Positions 9,065-18,277 of a stretch of 64,000 nucleotides of DNA are shown here, piece by piece. Numbering within the stretch: position 1 is the stretch's first letter; each line of letters opens with the position of its first letter. Location: NCBI GenBank assembly GCA_963771465.1, contig CAVYTU010000017.1, positions 352,001-416,000 on the forward strand, in the 5' to 3' direction. The position numbers and the translations under genes are program-made. The notes beneath the pieces are model-generated. The model saw only the letters and a program-made list of their open reading frames with translations. It was not told where the DNA came from and made no database searches. Origin of the DNA: an uncultured delta proteobacterium. GTDB lineage: Bacteria; Desulfobacterota; Binatia; UBA9968.

Positions 9065-11683
9065 TTGCAGTTATTCGTCAATCGATTCTTAATTTTTCCC
9101 GTTGGGTTTTGTCTCGGTATGATGACCGGCTGCGGCGCTGGCTCACTTGAGAAACCCGTCGAGCATCGGCCCCACGTGTCAATGATTTCCAATGGCTACA
9201 CCAACTTTGAGACCGAGCCGGTGCGGCCGTTGGCGCTGTCGGATGACGGCCGCTATCTTTATGCGCTCAACACCGCCGACGATCGCTTGGAGATCTTTGA
9301 CAGTCGCGGCGACAGCTTGCGTTCGGTTGGCGAGACGTCGGTGGGATTGCGTCCAGTGGCCGTCGCGCTGCGCGGCGGAGAGGCTTGGGTCGTCAATCAT
9401 CTTTCCGACTCGGTGAGTGTCGTCGACATCCGCGATCCGATGCGGCCGAGGGTCATGCGGACTTTGCAAGTCGGCGATGAGCCGAGGGGAATTGTAGTTG
9501 GCGGACCGCGGCGCGATCGGATTTTCATCGCCACCGCACGGCGCGATGAAACTTTGACTCCAGGCATCGGCCGCGCTCAAGTCTGGATCTTTCATGCCGA
9601 CAATCCAACCGCGCCGCCAAAAATCGTCACGCTCTTCGGTTCCAAGCCGCGCGCGCTGGCGACCTCCGCCGACGGCCGATTTGTCTATGCGGCGATCTAC
9701 TTGTCCGGCAACGGCACAAGCGCGGTTTCCGGCGAAGATGCGCTGCGACTTGGCAAGGCGAATCATTTGCAGTTCGAGAAATTTATTTATTCGGGCGTGC
9801 CCAAGCAAGGTGCCATCGTGCGGCGCGCGCGCGGTGCGTGGCGCGATTTCGATGATCGCGATTGGTCGGCCGCGGTGCCGTTCGAATTACCGGACTCTGA
9901 CGTGTTCGTGCTCGATGCCGCGGCGAATGAGCCGACAGTGGTCAATGCCATCAGCGGCGTTGGCACTATACTTTTCAACTTGGCGGTACAGCCGGGTAGC
10001 GGCGAGATTTGGGTGACCAATACCGAGGCGAAAAATCTGGTTCTGTTTGAACCGCGCTTGCAGGGCAGTTTTGCCGATAATCGTGTCACTCGCATTCTCT
10101 CCAATGAAAATGGCGCAAGTCGCGTTCTGCCCGTCGATTTGAATCGCCATGTTGATCGATCCGTTGGCACGGCGGCGGATTCCGAGCGTGCGCTCAGTTT
10201 AGCACAACCCTTGGACATCGTTTTTTCTCCCGACGGAAATCGAGCCTATGTCGCGGCGTTCGGCTCGCGCAAGGTTGCCATGCTCGACGGCGCGGGCGAT
10301 GTCATCGACCGGATCGAAGTAGGATTTGGCCCCGGCGGGTTGGCCCTCGATGCCCAACGACAGAGGCTTTATGTCTTGAATCACCTCGACGCGACGATTT
10401 CCGTCATCGATCTCGCCAGGCGTACAGCAGTCGCGACGATCGGCCTGCGCTACGATCCAACGCCGCCGTCGGTGCGCGCCGGCCGGCCATTTTTTTACGA
10501 TGCGGCGCTCACGTCCCGTCATGGCGACCTTTCCTGCGCCACCTGTCATGTCTTTGGCGATATGGACGGATTGGCTTGGGACTTGGGCGATCCGGCGGCA
10601 GCGCAGATTGATTATCCGGTAAAACTCAAGAATGGCGGACTGGGTGAACCACGCCAGGCATTGCATCCTCTCAAGGGGCCGATGACGACGCAGAGCTTGC
10701 GCGGTTTGGCGAATACGGCGCCGTATCACTGGCGCGGCGATCGCTTTGGCGTGCCCTATGAGCCGGGCGGCGACCTGGCCAGTTTCAATGATTTCAATCC
10801 CGCGTTCATCAAGCTTATGGGCCGACCCAGTGAAATCTCCGACAGCGCCATGGAAGCATTTGCCCGGTTCGTCTTCACAATTCGCTATCCGCCCAATCCC
10901 ATGCAGCGGCTCGACCGCAGTATGGACAGCGAGCAAAAAGCCGGATTTGATTTTTTCACCGGGCCGTTCTTTTCCGACGCCGGCGAGCAGAATTGTGTAG
11001 CCTGCCATCAACTACCGCTGGGCACCAATCGGTTGGTCAACTTCGAAGGTCTGCAAATCGGCCGCGATATGAAAACCCCACACCTGCGCAACTTGTATGA
11101 CAAGGTCGGCCGCTTCAACGTTGGCGGGCCGCAAGTTTCGGGATTCGGATTTCTTCATGACGGCACGGTCGAGAGCGTAGTTAGCTTTCTCCGTTTCGAC
11201 GTGTTTTTCTTCCCCGGCAAGACCGAAACGGACAAAGATCTGATTCGCCGTCAACTGCATCACTACCTGATGGCGTTCGACACCGGGATGGCGCCGCTGG
11301 TCGGGCGGCAGCTCACGGTGAGCGGCGAATTATCCGCCAGTGACCGGCAAATGCTCGATTTGATGACCACACGCGCCGTGGCGGGCGACTGCGACTTGAC
11401 CGCGCGAGCATGGGAAGGCAAATTGCAACGCGGTTGGTTGTTGCGCAATCGAGAATTTTACGGCGACCGCGGCGCCGATGCGCCGCTGGTGCTAGGCGAT
11501 TTGCTCGCTCGTTATCGCCGCGACGCGCAGGCGATGACCTTCACTTGCGTGCCGCCGGGCGATGGCCGGCGCAGTGCCATCGATCGTGATCTGGACGGTT
11601 ACTTAGACGGCGACGAAATTTTCGCCGGCAGCGATCTCGCCAATTCGAGAAGCGTGCCGGCGCAAGTCTTACTGATACGATGA
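9065..11683 (+). CDS. YVTN/YncE beta-propeller plus di-heme cytochrome c peroxidase-like lipoprotein
   Basis: Lipobox MTGC; VVNHLSDSVSVVD-type propeller repeats; CATCH and CVACH heme motifs; TPHLRNL; C-terminal DRDLDGYLDGDE. Confidence 0.85.
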   Translation: MQLFVNRFLIFPVGFCLGMMTGCGAGSLEKPVEHRPHVSMISNGYTNFETEPVRPLALSDDGRYLYALNTADDRLEIFDSRGDSLRSVGETSVGLRPVAVALRGGEAWVVNHLSDSVSVVDIRDPMRPRVMRTLQVGDEPRGIVVGGPRRDRIFIATARRDETLTPGIGRAQVWIFHADNPTAPPKIVTLFGSKPRALATSADGRFVYAAIYLSGNGTSAVSGEDALRLGKANHLQFEKFIYSGVPKQGAIVRRARGAWRDFDDRDWSAAVPFELPDSDVFVLDAAANEPTVVNAISGVGTILFNLAVQPGSGEIWVTNTEAKNLVLFEPRLQGSFADNRVTRILSNENGASRVLPVDLNRHVDRSVGTAADSERALSLAQPLDIVFSPDGNRAYVAAFGSRKVAMLDGAGDVIDRIEVGFGPGGLALDAQRQRLYVLNHLDATISVIDLARRTAVATIGLRYDPTPPSVRAGRPFFYDAALTSRHGDLSCATCHVFGDMDGLAWDLGDPAAAQIDYPVKLKNGGLGEPRQALHPLKGPMTTQSLRGLANTAPYHWRGDRFGVPYEPGGDLASFNDFNPAFIKLMGRPSEISDSAMEAFARFVFTIRYPPNPMQRLDRSMDSEQKAGFDFFTGPFFSDAGEQNCVACHQLPLGTNRLVNFEGLQIGRDMKTPHLRNLYDKVGRFNVGGPQVSGFGFLHDGTVESVVSFLRFDVFFFPGKTETDKDLIRRQLHHYLMAFDTGMAPLVGRQLTVSGELSASDRQMLDLMTTRAVAGDCDLTARAWEGKLQRGWLLRNREFYGDRGADAPLVLGDLLARYRRDAQAMTFTCVPPGDGRRSAIDRDLDGYLDGDEIFAGSDLANSRSVPAQVLLIR

Positions 11684-12807
11684 AGTTCCCGTTGCTACGT
11701 TCCGGTGGATTTTTGTTCGCGCTGTTGCTGCCGGCGTGCGCCGGTCTGGCCGTGCGGGGCAACATCGGCGGGCAAAGCATCAATACGCGGGTCGATTCGG
11801 AAGTGGCGCGCTACTATCTCGCCAGCTATCTCGCTGGACAGAAAAATAACCTGCACTTTGATGACCGAATTGCCAATCTCTACAAGCACGCGCGCGAGAG
11901 TTTGCCGGATCGCGCTGAGCTGAAGCGATTGAGCGAAGAATTTTCAGTGGACTTTGCCGCTGCGTATCTTGCCGACCGAATTGTCGGTGTTTCCCAAAAT
12001 CGGCGGTTCCGCGATGTCTTTGAAGAGAACCGCCGGGCGTTCATTCAAAATCGTTTGAAGCTGCCCGGCGGCGCAGCCGATTACGAAGTCATGTTCATTC
12101 CCACTTATCTCTATAAGCGGCTGCCGATCACGGGCGGTGATTTTGCCGTGCCCAAAAGGGCGCTGCAAAGAATCGGCATGCCGTTTCATTTTGTCGAAAC
12201 CGTTGAGGATGGCGCCGTCGAGACCAATGCGCATATCGTCGCTGCTGCGATTGGCGCACGAGCGCACGCCGGCCGGCGCGTGATTCTGATTAGCGCAAGC
12301 AAGTCTGGACCGGAAGTTGCACTGGCGTTAACGCGCTTGGGCAGCGCGGCGACACGCCATGTCGTTGCCTGGATCAACACCGTCGGCGCTCTGCAGGGAA
12401 CGCCGCTCACCGACGAGCAGTTGCTGCCGGAAGTGGAAGAGTTTGTCGGCACGGTCGATGTCGCCGGGATGCAAAGTTTAATGACTGAACCAAGCCGGCG
12501 GCGGTTTCAGAGTTTTCGCGTGCCGGAGCATATTCTCGTGGTCAACTATTTCGGCATCCCCCTGTTGGGCAGCGTGTCGTCTTGGGCGCGCCGAGGCTTT
12601 ACGGCGTTGAGCAAGCATGGACCCAACGACGGTATTTTGCTTTTGTCCGATATGATCCTTCCGGGTGGCGTTACCGTCGCTGAATTGGGACTCGATCATT
12701 TTTTGTTGGATCAGAACCTCGATGCCGCGACCGTAGGGTTAGTCGTGGCGGTCATGCGCTCGACAGAAGAATCGGCAACGAGGGCGTTGCACGTTTCCGA
12801 TAAGTAG
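11680..12807 (+). CDS. putative alpha/beta-hydrolase lipoprotein
   Basis: ATGA overlap with the upstream gene; lipobox LPAC; ISASKSG nucleophile elbow; GTPL, PNDG and LDH motifs. Confidence 0.7.
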   Translation: MKFPLLRSGGFLFALLLPACAGLAVRGNIGGQSINTRVDSEVARYYLASYLAGQKNNLHFDDRIANLYKHARESLPDRAELKRLSEEFSVDFAAAYLADRIVGVSQNRRFRDVFEENRRAFIQNRLKLPGGAADYEVMFIPTYLYKRLPITGGDFAVPKRALQRIGMPFHFVETVEDGAVETNAHIVAAAIGARAHAGRRVILISASKSGPEVALALTRLGSAATRHVVAWINTVGALQGTPLTDEQLLPEVEEFVGTVDVAGMQSLMTEPSRRRFQSFRVPEHILVVNYFGIPLLGSVSSWARRGFTALSKHGPNDGILLLSDMILPGGVTVAELGLDHFLLDQNLDAATVGLVVAVMRSTEESATRALHVSDK

Positions 12808-12870
12808 TTCTGCCCTGGTTGAAAAGAGATTGACCATAGCAGCATGAGGAAGAAGATTGCTTCGGAAATT

Positions 12871-12900
12871 TGGCCGCAAAGAAACAAGAGGGATGCTGAG
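12871..12900 (+). repeat. GCCGCAAAG-family intergenic repeat
   Basis: tggccgcaaagaaacaagag matches copies at 14462, 45826 and 55208 (reverse complement). Confidence 0.5.
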
Positions 12901-12956
12901 TCTAACTCGACTCCTCCACATTAGCGCCTGAAGTTCGCGACAATTATAGTGAGCAG

Positions 12957-14444
12957 ATGAACGACATTCACTTTGTCGACACGACATTGCGCGACGGCTC
13001 GCTGAGCTTGTGGGCGTTGGGAATGCGCACTGGCGCCATGCTCGCCATCGCCGAGCAGATGGACCTGTGCGGCTTTGAGTCTATGGAGTTTTTCGGCTTC
13101 GCTGGCTACATCAAGTACGTCAAAGAGCATAAGGAAAATCCCTGGGACTGGATGGGGCTCGGCGCCAAAAAATTTCACCGCACCCGTTTACGCTACCACG
13201 GTGGATTGGCGTCGGGCTTTGAGAAAATTCCACGCTCGGTGCGGCTGCTGATGATTGAGCGCGTGGTGGCACACGGCATTACGCTGACGCGCTCCTCGGA
13301 TCCGTGGAACGATTACGATGCGGCGGCGCGGGAGATCGCCGCGCTGCAGCAGCTTGGCATGGAGGTGATCGTCAACATCATTTACTCCGTCTCACCGCGC
13401 CATACTGACGAGTACTTCGCGACACGGGCGCGCCAAGCTGCGGCGATCAAGCCTTACCGCATCTGCTTCAAAGACGTCGCCGGTTTGCTCACGCCGGAGC
13501 GTACGCGAACATTGATGCCTCTGATCAGGCAAAATATCGGTGATGTGCCGTTGGAATTTCATGCACACTGCAACAATGGCATGGCGCCGTTCAATTACCT
13601 TGAAGCGATCAAACTCGGTGTCGATACGTTGCATACGGGGATTCCGCCGTTGGCGAATGGTTCTGGGCAGCCATCGATTTTCAACGTCGCGCGCAACGCG
13701 TCGGCGCTGGGTTATCGGCCAGTGGTGGATTTAGAAGCGGTCAAGCCGGTGGAAAATCATTTCACGTTCATCGGCAAGCGTGAAGGCCATCCGGTCGGCG
13801 CCCAGCGCGAATACGATCATTCTCAATATTTGCACCAAGTGCCCGGCGGCATGATATCCAATTTGCGATATCAATTGCGCGCCATGGGGATGGAAAACAA
13901 AATGCAAGAGACGTTGGAGGAGTGCGGCCGGGTGCGCGCCGAGTTCGGCTATCCGATCATGGTCACGCCGCTGGCGCAGTTCGTCGGCAGTCAGGCAGCG
14001 ATCAACGTGATCACCGGCGAGCGCTACAAAGAAATAACCGATCAGGCGATCCAATACGCCTTTGGCCACTGGGGCAAGGAAGCGCCTCAAGTGATGGATG
14101 CCAACGTCAAAGACAAGATTCTCAGCCGCCCGCGCGCCAAGGACTGGCAGAACTGGGCGCCGGCGGATTTATCGCTTCAAGAAGTTCGAAAGAAGTTTGG
14201 TGGCGCCGTCGTGTCGGACGAAGAGTTGGTGTTGCGCGTAATTGCCGGCGAAGCGGCGGTTGCAACGATGCTCGCCGCCGGCGCGCCAAAGGAATATATG
14301 AGCGTAACTCAGCCGCTGGTACGACTGATCGGAGAACTCAGCAAACGCAAGGATTGCAACCAAATGTTCATTGAGAAAAATGGTCTTTCGCTGCGGCTGG
14401 GAAGAAACCCAGTTAACCGCAAAGGGCGCAAGATCGCCAATTAA
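12957..14444 (+). CDS. pyruvate carboxylase B / oxaloacetate decarboxylase alpha-like carboxyltransferase, no biotinyl domain
   Basis: DTTLRDG, FKDVAG, HAH, HQVPGGMISN and GYPIMVTPLAQ motifs; no AMKM. Confidence 0.88.
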   Translation: MNDIHFVDTTLRDGSLSLWALGMRTGAMLAIAEQMDLCGFESMEFFGFAGYIKYVKEHKENPWDWMGLGAKKFHRTRLRYHGGLASGFEKIPRSVRLLMIERVVAHGITLTRSSDPWNDYDAAAREIAALQQLGMEVIVNIIYSVSPRHTDEYFATRARQAAAIKPYRICFKDVAGLLTPERTRTLMPLIRQNIGDVPLEFHAHCNNGMAPFNYLEAIKLGVDTLHTGIPPLANGSGQPSIFNVARNASALGYRPVVDLEAVKPVENHFTFIGKREGHPVGAQREYDHSQYLHQVPGGMISNLRYQLRAMGMENKMQETLEECGRVRAEFGYPIMVTPLAQFVGSQAAINVITGERYKEITDQAIQYAFGHWGKEAPQVMDANVKDKILSRPRAKDWQNWAPADLSLQEVRKKFGGAVVSDEELVLRVIAGEAAVATMLAAGAPKEYMSVTQPLVRLIGELSKRKDCNQMFIEKNGLSLRLGRNPVNRKGRKIAN

Positions 14445-14461
14445 TAAGAATCGGACGCAGA

Positions 14462-14496
14462 GAATTAGCCGCAAAGAACATAAAGGAACCAAGAAG
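14462..14496 (+). repeat. GCCGCAAAG-family intergenic repeat
   Basis: gaattagccgcaaagaacataaaggaaccaagaag. Confidence 0.6.
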
Positions 14497-14536
14497 ATTC
14501 TGAACTTGCTCTCTTAGCGCGACAAATTTCCTCTCC

Positions 14537-15271
14537 TTATCCCGGCATCTCAGCGAGTAGCCTGCCGTAACCCTTGATCGGATGGCGTAAGCCTAATTTT
14601 AATTGTGTACCCCAGGCGCGCGCGGGACCGGCGTGGACAACGGTGAGGCCGGTGTCATTTTCCAAGCGCTCGATGATCTCGACCGATTTCCATGCCGAGC
14701 CAAGCATGTAGATGCCGTCGGCGTCTTTATGTTTGGCGGCGATGCCCTTCATGAATTCGAGAATCTTTTCCGGCGGCACTTTGGGCACATCGGCGAAGGG
14801 CGAATCGATGCCTTCCATCGCCAGCACTTGAAATCCGGCGTCGGTGAAATAGCGCGCGAAGACGTTGTTCATCTTTTCTGGGAAGTAGCTGGCGCCGGCG
14901 AATTTCTTCATGCCGAGGGTGCGCAAGGCCTGGACGTGATTTTGCCCCGAGGTGAACATCGGCACGTTGTATTTCTTTTCCCAGCTGCTGATCAGTTCTT
15001 GCTCTTTTTGATAGCCGAGCAGCATGAACGGCGGCGCGCCGCTGGGACGAACCAGGTTGGCCCCCATGCGCGCGAACTCCGCGGCCTTGGCTTCGTAGCC
15101 CGGCATCGACGTGCTAAATTCCTCCTCGGTGCCGCGGGTGAAATTCATCGTCGAAGCAAGAAACTTGATCTTGGCCGGGATCAACGTGTCGAGGTCGACC
15201 TCCTGGCCGGCTTCGGGGCGATTGGTCGGGCGCACTGTGCCGACGAGATATTCCTTTTCGCTTTCCGCCAT
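14537..15271 (-). CDS. arylmalonate decarboxylase / maleate isomerase / Asp-Glu racemase family protein
   Basis: AAAGGAG RBS; VPMFTS, ALRTLGMKK, YFTDAGF and GYGRLL family pattern. Confidence 0.8.
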   Translation of the reverse strand: MAESEKEYLVGTVRPTNRPEAGQEVDLDTLIPAKIKFLASTMNFTRGTEEEFSTSMPGYEAKAAEFARMGANLVRPSGAPPFMLLGYQKEQELISSWEKKYNVPMFTSGQNHVQALRTLGMKKFAGASYFPEKMNNVFARYFTDAGFQVLAMEGIDSPFADVPKVPPEKILEFMKGIAAKHKDADGIYMLGSAWKSVEIIERLENDTGLTVVHAGPARAWGTQLKLGLRHPIKGYGRLLAEMPG

Positions 15272-15404
15272 GATTGTTTCTCCTTTGCGTGACGATTGGC
15301 ATCTAAACACTCCCTGTGAGCCGCGGTCAAGAGCGCGGCGATGGTAGACAACACGGCTGAGCTTAACTTAATATCAGCGCGTTGGCCGGATTACGGAGAA
15401 AAAA

Positions 15405-16253
15405 ATGAGCGAACGCGTTGCCAAAGTTGGGTTTATTGGCTTGGGCCGGATGGGCAAGCCGATGGCAAGCAACATTCTCGCTGCCGGATATGCACTGACT
15501 GTTTATGATCTGCGCCAAGCGGCCGTCAGTGAATTGACCCGACTTGGAGCGAAGGCGGCTACATCGCCGTATAATGTCGCCGAGGCAGCGGAAATCGTCG
15601 AGCTAGCGGTGGTCGACGATGCCCAAGTGGAAGATGTTTTGACGGGGGAGGATGGAGTTTTCGCCGGCGCGCGTCCGGGAACGATCATCGCGATTCACAG
15701 CACAGTGTTGCCTGAGACGGTGCGACGGCTCGCCGAGCTTGGCGCAAGAATCGGTGTGCAGGTCATCGATGCGCCGGTGTCCGGCGGAGAGACTGGAGCA
15801 CGGGAGAAATCGCTCAGCTATATGGTTGGCGGCGACGTCGCGGTATTGGAACGTTGCCGCGAATTGTTTTCCACTTCGGCGGCGCAGATTTTCCACATGG
15901 GTGGGCTAGGTAGTGGCGCAGTGGCGAAAGGAATCGTCCAGGTGGTGACCTGTATCAACATGCTCGCCGCTCACGAAGCGGAGAGCGTGGCGGAGAAGAC
16001 CGGGTTGAATTTCACAGCGCTACAGCAAGTACTGCGTAGCAGTTCGGCACAGAGCTTTGTGGTGGACAATTGGCTCGATCGATTCAAACTGGCCGGCGAT
16101 CCGATGGAGATTCGCCGCAGACGAACCGATGTATTTCAAAAAAGCCTGGCACCCGCGCTGGAAATCGCGGCGCGACTCGGTTTGTCGTTGGCGGGAACGG
16201 CGTTGGCGGAACGCTTGTTGCCGCGCATCATGGGCATTGAAGAATCACCATAG
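15405..16253 (+). CDS. NAD(P)-dependent beta-hydroxyacid dehydrogenase (3-hydroxyisobutyrate/GarR family)
   Basis: GFIGLGRMG and DAPVSGG motifs; catalytic Lys in GAVAKG. Confidence 0.9.
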   Translation: MSERVAKVGFIGLGRMGKPMASNILAAGYALTVYDLRQAAVSELTRLGAKAATSPYNVAEAAEIVELAVVDDAQVEDVLTGEDGVFAGARPGTIIAIHSTVLPETVRRLAELGARIGVQVIDAPVSGGETGAREKSLSYMVGGDVAVLERCRELFSTSAAQIFHMGGLGSGAVAKGIVQVVTCINMLAAHEAESVAEKTGLNFTALQQVLRSSSAQSFVVDNWLDRFKLAGDPMEIRRRRTDVFQKSLAPALEIAARLGLSLAGTALAERLLPRIMGIEESP

Positions 16254-16261
16254 TTGGCAGG

Positions 16262-17248
16262 ATGGGAGATCGAATGAGGATTGCTTGGGCACTGCTATTG
16301 GTTCTGCTCATTGCAGAGACGCATGAGGCGCGCACGGAGGTTTTCAAAGTGGCGATGCCGAGCACGACGCAAGCCGTGCTGGCGTTTACCATCGCGCGTG
16401 ACAAGGGCTACTACCGCGCCGAAGGTTTGGACGTCGAGCTGATTCTTATGAGCGCGCCGACCGCCAGCCGGGCTTTGCTGAGCGGCGACGTTGCCGTTGC
16501 CACCGTAGGGGGCGCCGGCTTGCCGCCGGTGCTGCGCGGTTCACCGATGAGATTTTTATTCTCGACATATAACCGAGCGATGTTTTGGCTCTACGCCAAA
16601 CCGGAGATTCGCGACGTTAAAGCCTTGAAAGGCAAACGAGTCGGTGTTTCCGGTATCGGCAGCGGGCCGGATTCTTTACTGCGCGAAGTTTTGCGTGTCA
16701 ACGGTCTGGACGCCGCTCGCGATGTGACGATTCTAAGCCTCGGCGTGATGCCGACGATTTACGCCGGGCTGCAGAGCGGCATCGTCGATGGCGCGATGCT
16801 GTCGCCGCCGGTGACTTTCAAAGCAGAAGAGGCGGGCTTTCGTGAGCTAGTCGCTTTTCCAAAGCAAGATTTGGTTGAGCCCCAAGGCGCAATCCTGGTG
16901 CGCGACGCTTTGTTGCAAGCCGATCCGGCGCAGGTCGAGCGTTTTGTCCGCGCGAGCTACAAGGGATTTCTTTACATCAAGGAGAACCGCGCCGGCACGA
17001 TTCCGATCGTCGCGCGCTATTTGCAAGTGAGCGAAGCCCAGGCGGCGAAGGCGTACGATCAAGTGGTGCGGCCGGCGCTGACTCAAGATGGAACGCTGAG
17101 CCAGGAAATGCAGGCTAAGGCCGTCGAGCATGTGCTCAAGCGGCTCGATCTCAAGGAAGCGCCGCCGCTGGCGAGGATCTTCGATTTCTCACTGGCGCGC
17201 AAGGTGAGCGGTGAGCTCCAGGCCAAAGGGTGGAGGCCCGTGCCATAG
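16262..17248 (+). CDS. NMT1/THI5-like ABC solute-binding protein
   Basis: Signal peptide; KGYYRAEGLDVELI and LKGKRVGV. Confidence 0.9.
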   Translation: MGDRMRIAWALLLVLLIAETHEARTEVFKVAMPSTTQAVLAFTIARDKGYYRAEGLDVELILMSAPTASRALLSGDVAVATVGGAGLPPVLRGSPMRFLFSTYNRAMFWLYAKPEIRDVKALKGKRVGVSGIGSGPDSLLREVLRVNGLDAARDVTILSLGVMPTIYAGLQSGIVDGAMLSPPVTFKAEEAGFRELVAFPKQDLVEPQGAILVRDALLQADPAQVERFVRASYKGFLYIKENRAGTIPIVARYLQVSEAQAAKAYDQVVRPALTQDGTLSQEMQAKAVEHVLKRLDLKEAPPLARIFDFSLARKVSGELQAKGWRPVP

Positions 17249-17297
17249 GTGAAATGAAATCTTTCACCGCGGAAAGCACCAAGGAAGAAAAGCTCCA

Positions 17298-18254
17298 ATG
17301 GCTTTGAAACTCACGATGACGTGCGCCGAGTATGATCGCAGCCGACCGCTCATCGACGGGCGGGTGAAGGCGCGGGATATCGATTTGGATATTCACGTCA
17401 ACTCGGATGACCGTAGTCGGCAGCGCGACATACGCGAAGGAAAGTTCGACATCGGCGAATTTTTCACCGGCATCTACATGGCTGACTTGGAGCACAAGAC
17501 ACTGGGGCTTACGGCGGTGCCGATTTTCGTCAAACGCATGTTTCGTCATTCCTATATCTACGTCAACAAGCATGCCGATATCCGCACGCCGAAAGACCTG
17601 GAAGGCAAACGCGTCGGCATTCAGACCTGGTTTACCACTACGGCGCTGTGGGCACGGGGCATTTTAGCGGATGAGTATGGCGTGGATTTGAGCGCGATCA
17701 CTTGGGTTGCTAATTGGAACGAAAAAATTGGTAAATGGCAGCCGCCGTCTTGGCTTAAGCTTGAAATTGCTCCGCAAGGCGAGAAGCTGCACGATCTTCT
17801 TATTGCAGGTAAGCTCGACGCCGGCATCACGACTGAAACTTGGGCGCCATTCGGCCATTCGGACGTTGATTTCTTGATGCCCAATTTCGCGCAAGAAGAG
17901 CGGGACTATTTTCGCAAGACCGGATTCTTTCCGATCCAGCACACGCTGGTGATCAAAAACGCCGTGCTGGAAAAAAATCCGTGGGTCGCCATGAGCCTGT
18001 TCGATGCATGGCAGGAGTCAAAACAGGAGTGTTACCGCTGGCTCGATCGGCAAAGAGTTCATATGACCGCTCTGTGGTATCGTTCGCTTTGGGAAGAGGA
18101 GCGAGCGATCGCTGGGCCTGATCCTTATGTCTGGGGATTCAAGCAGAGCCGCGCAGAATTGGACAAAATGCTCGAATATGCGTTTCGGCAAGGCTTGGTG
18201 ACGCGCTGGTTTGTGCCTGAAGATATGTTTCATCCGAGCACGCTAGAGACGTAA
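17298..18254 (+). CDS. 4,5-dihydroxyphthalate decarboxylase-like protein (periplasmic-binding fold)
   Basis: YDRSRPLIDG, RMFRHS, DLEGKRVG, WARGIL and FPIQH; no signal peptide. Confidence 0.82.
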   Translation: MALKLTMTCAEYDRSRPLIDGRVKARDIDLDIHVNSDDRSRQRDIREGKFDIGEFFTGIYMADLEHKTLGLTAVPIFVKRMFRHSYIYVNKHADIRTPKDLEGKRVGIQTWFTTTALWARGILADEYGVDLSAITWVANWNEKIGKWQPPSWLKLEIAPQGEKLHDLLIAGKLDAGITTETWAPFGHSDVDFLMPNFAQEERDYFRKTGFFPIQHTLVIKNAVLEKNPWVAMSLFDAWQESKQECYRWLDRQRVHMTALWYRSLWEEERAIAGPDPYVWGFKQSRAELDKMLEYAFRQGLVTRWFVPEDMFHPSTLET

Positions 18255-18277
18255 AGCGACGATGGGAGAGGTGCGGT

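Noticed and set aside
9051-9069. sigma54 promoter (GGCAC...TTGC)
   Set aside because: GG to GC spacing is 12 nt, not the required 10
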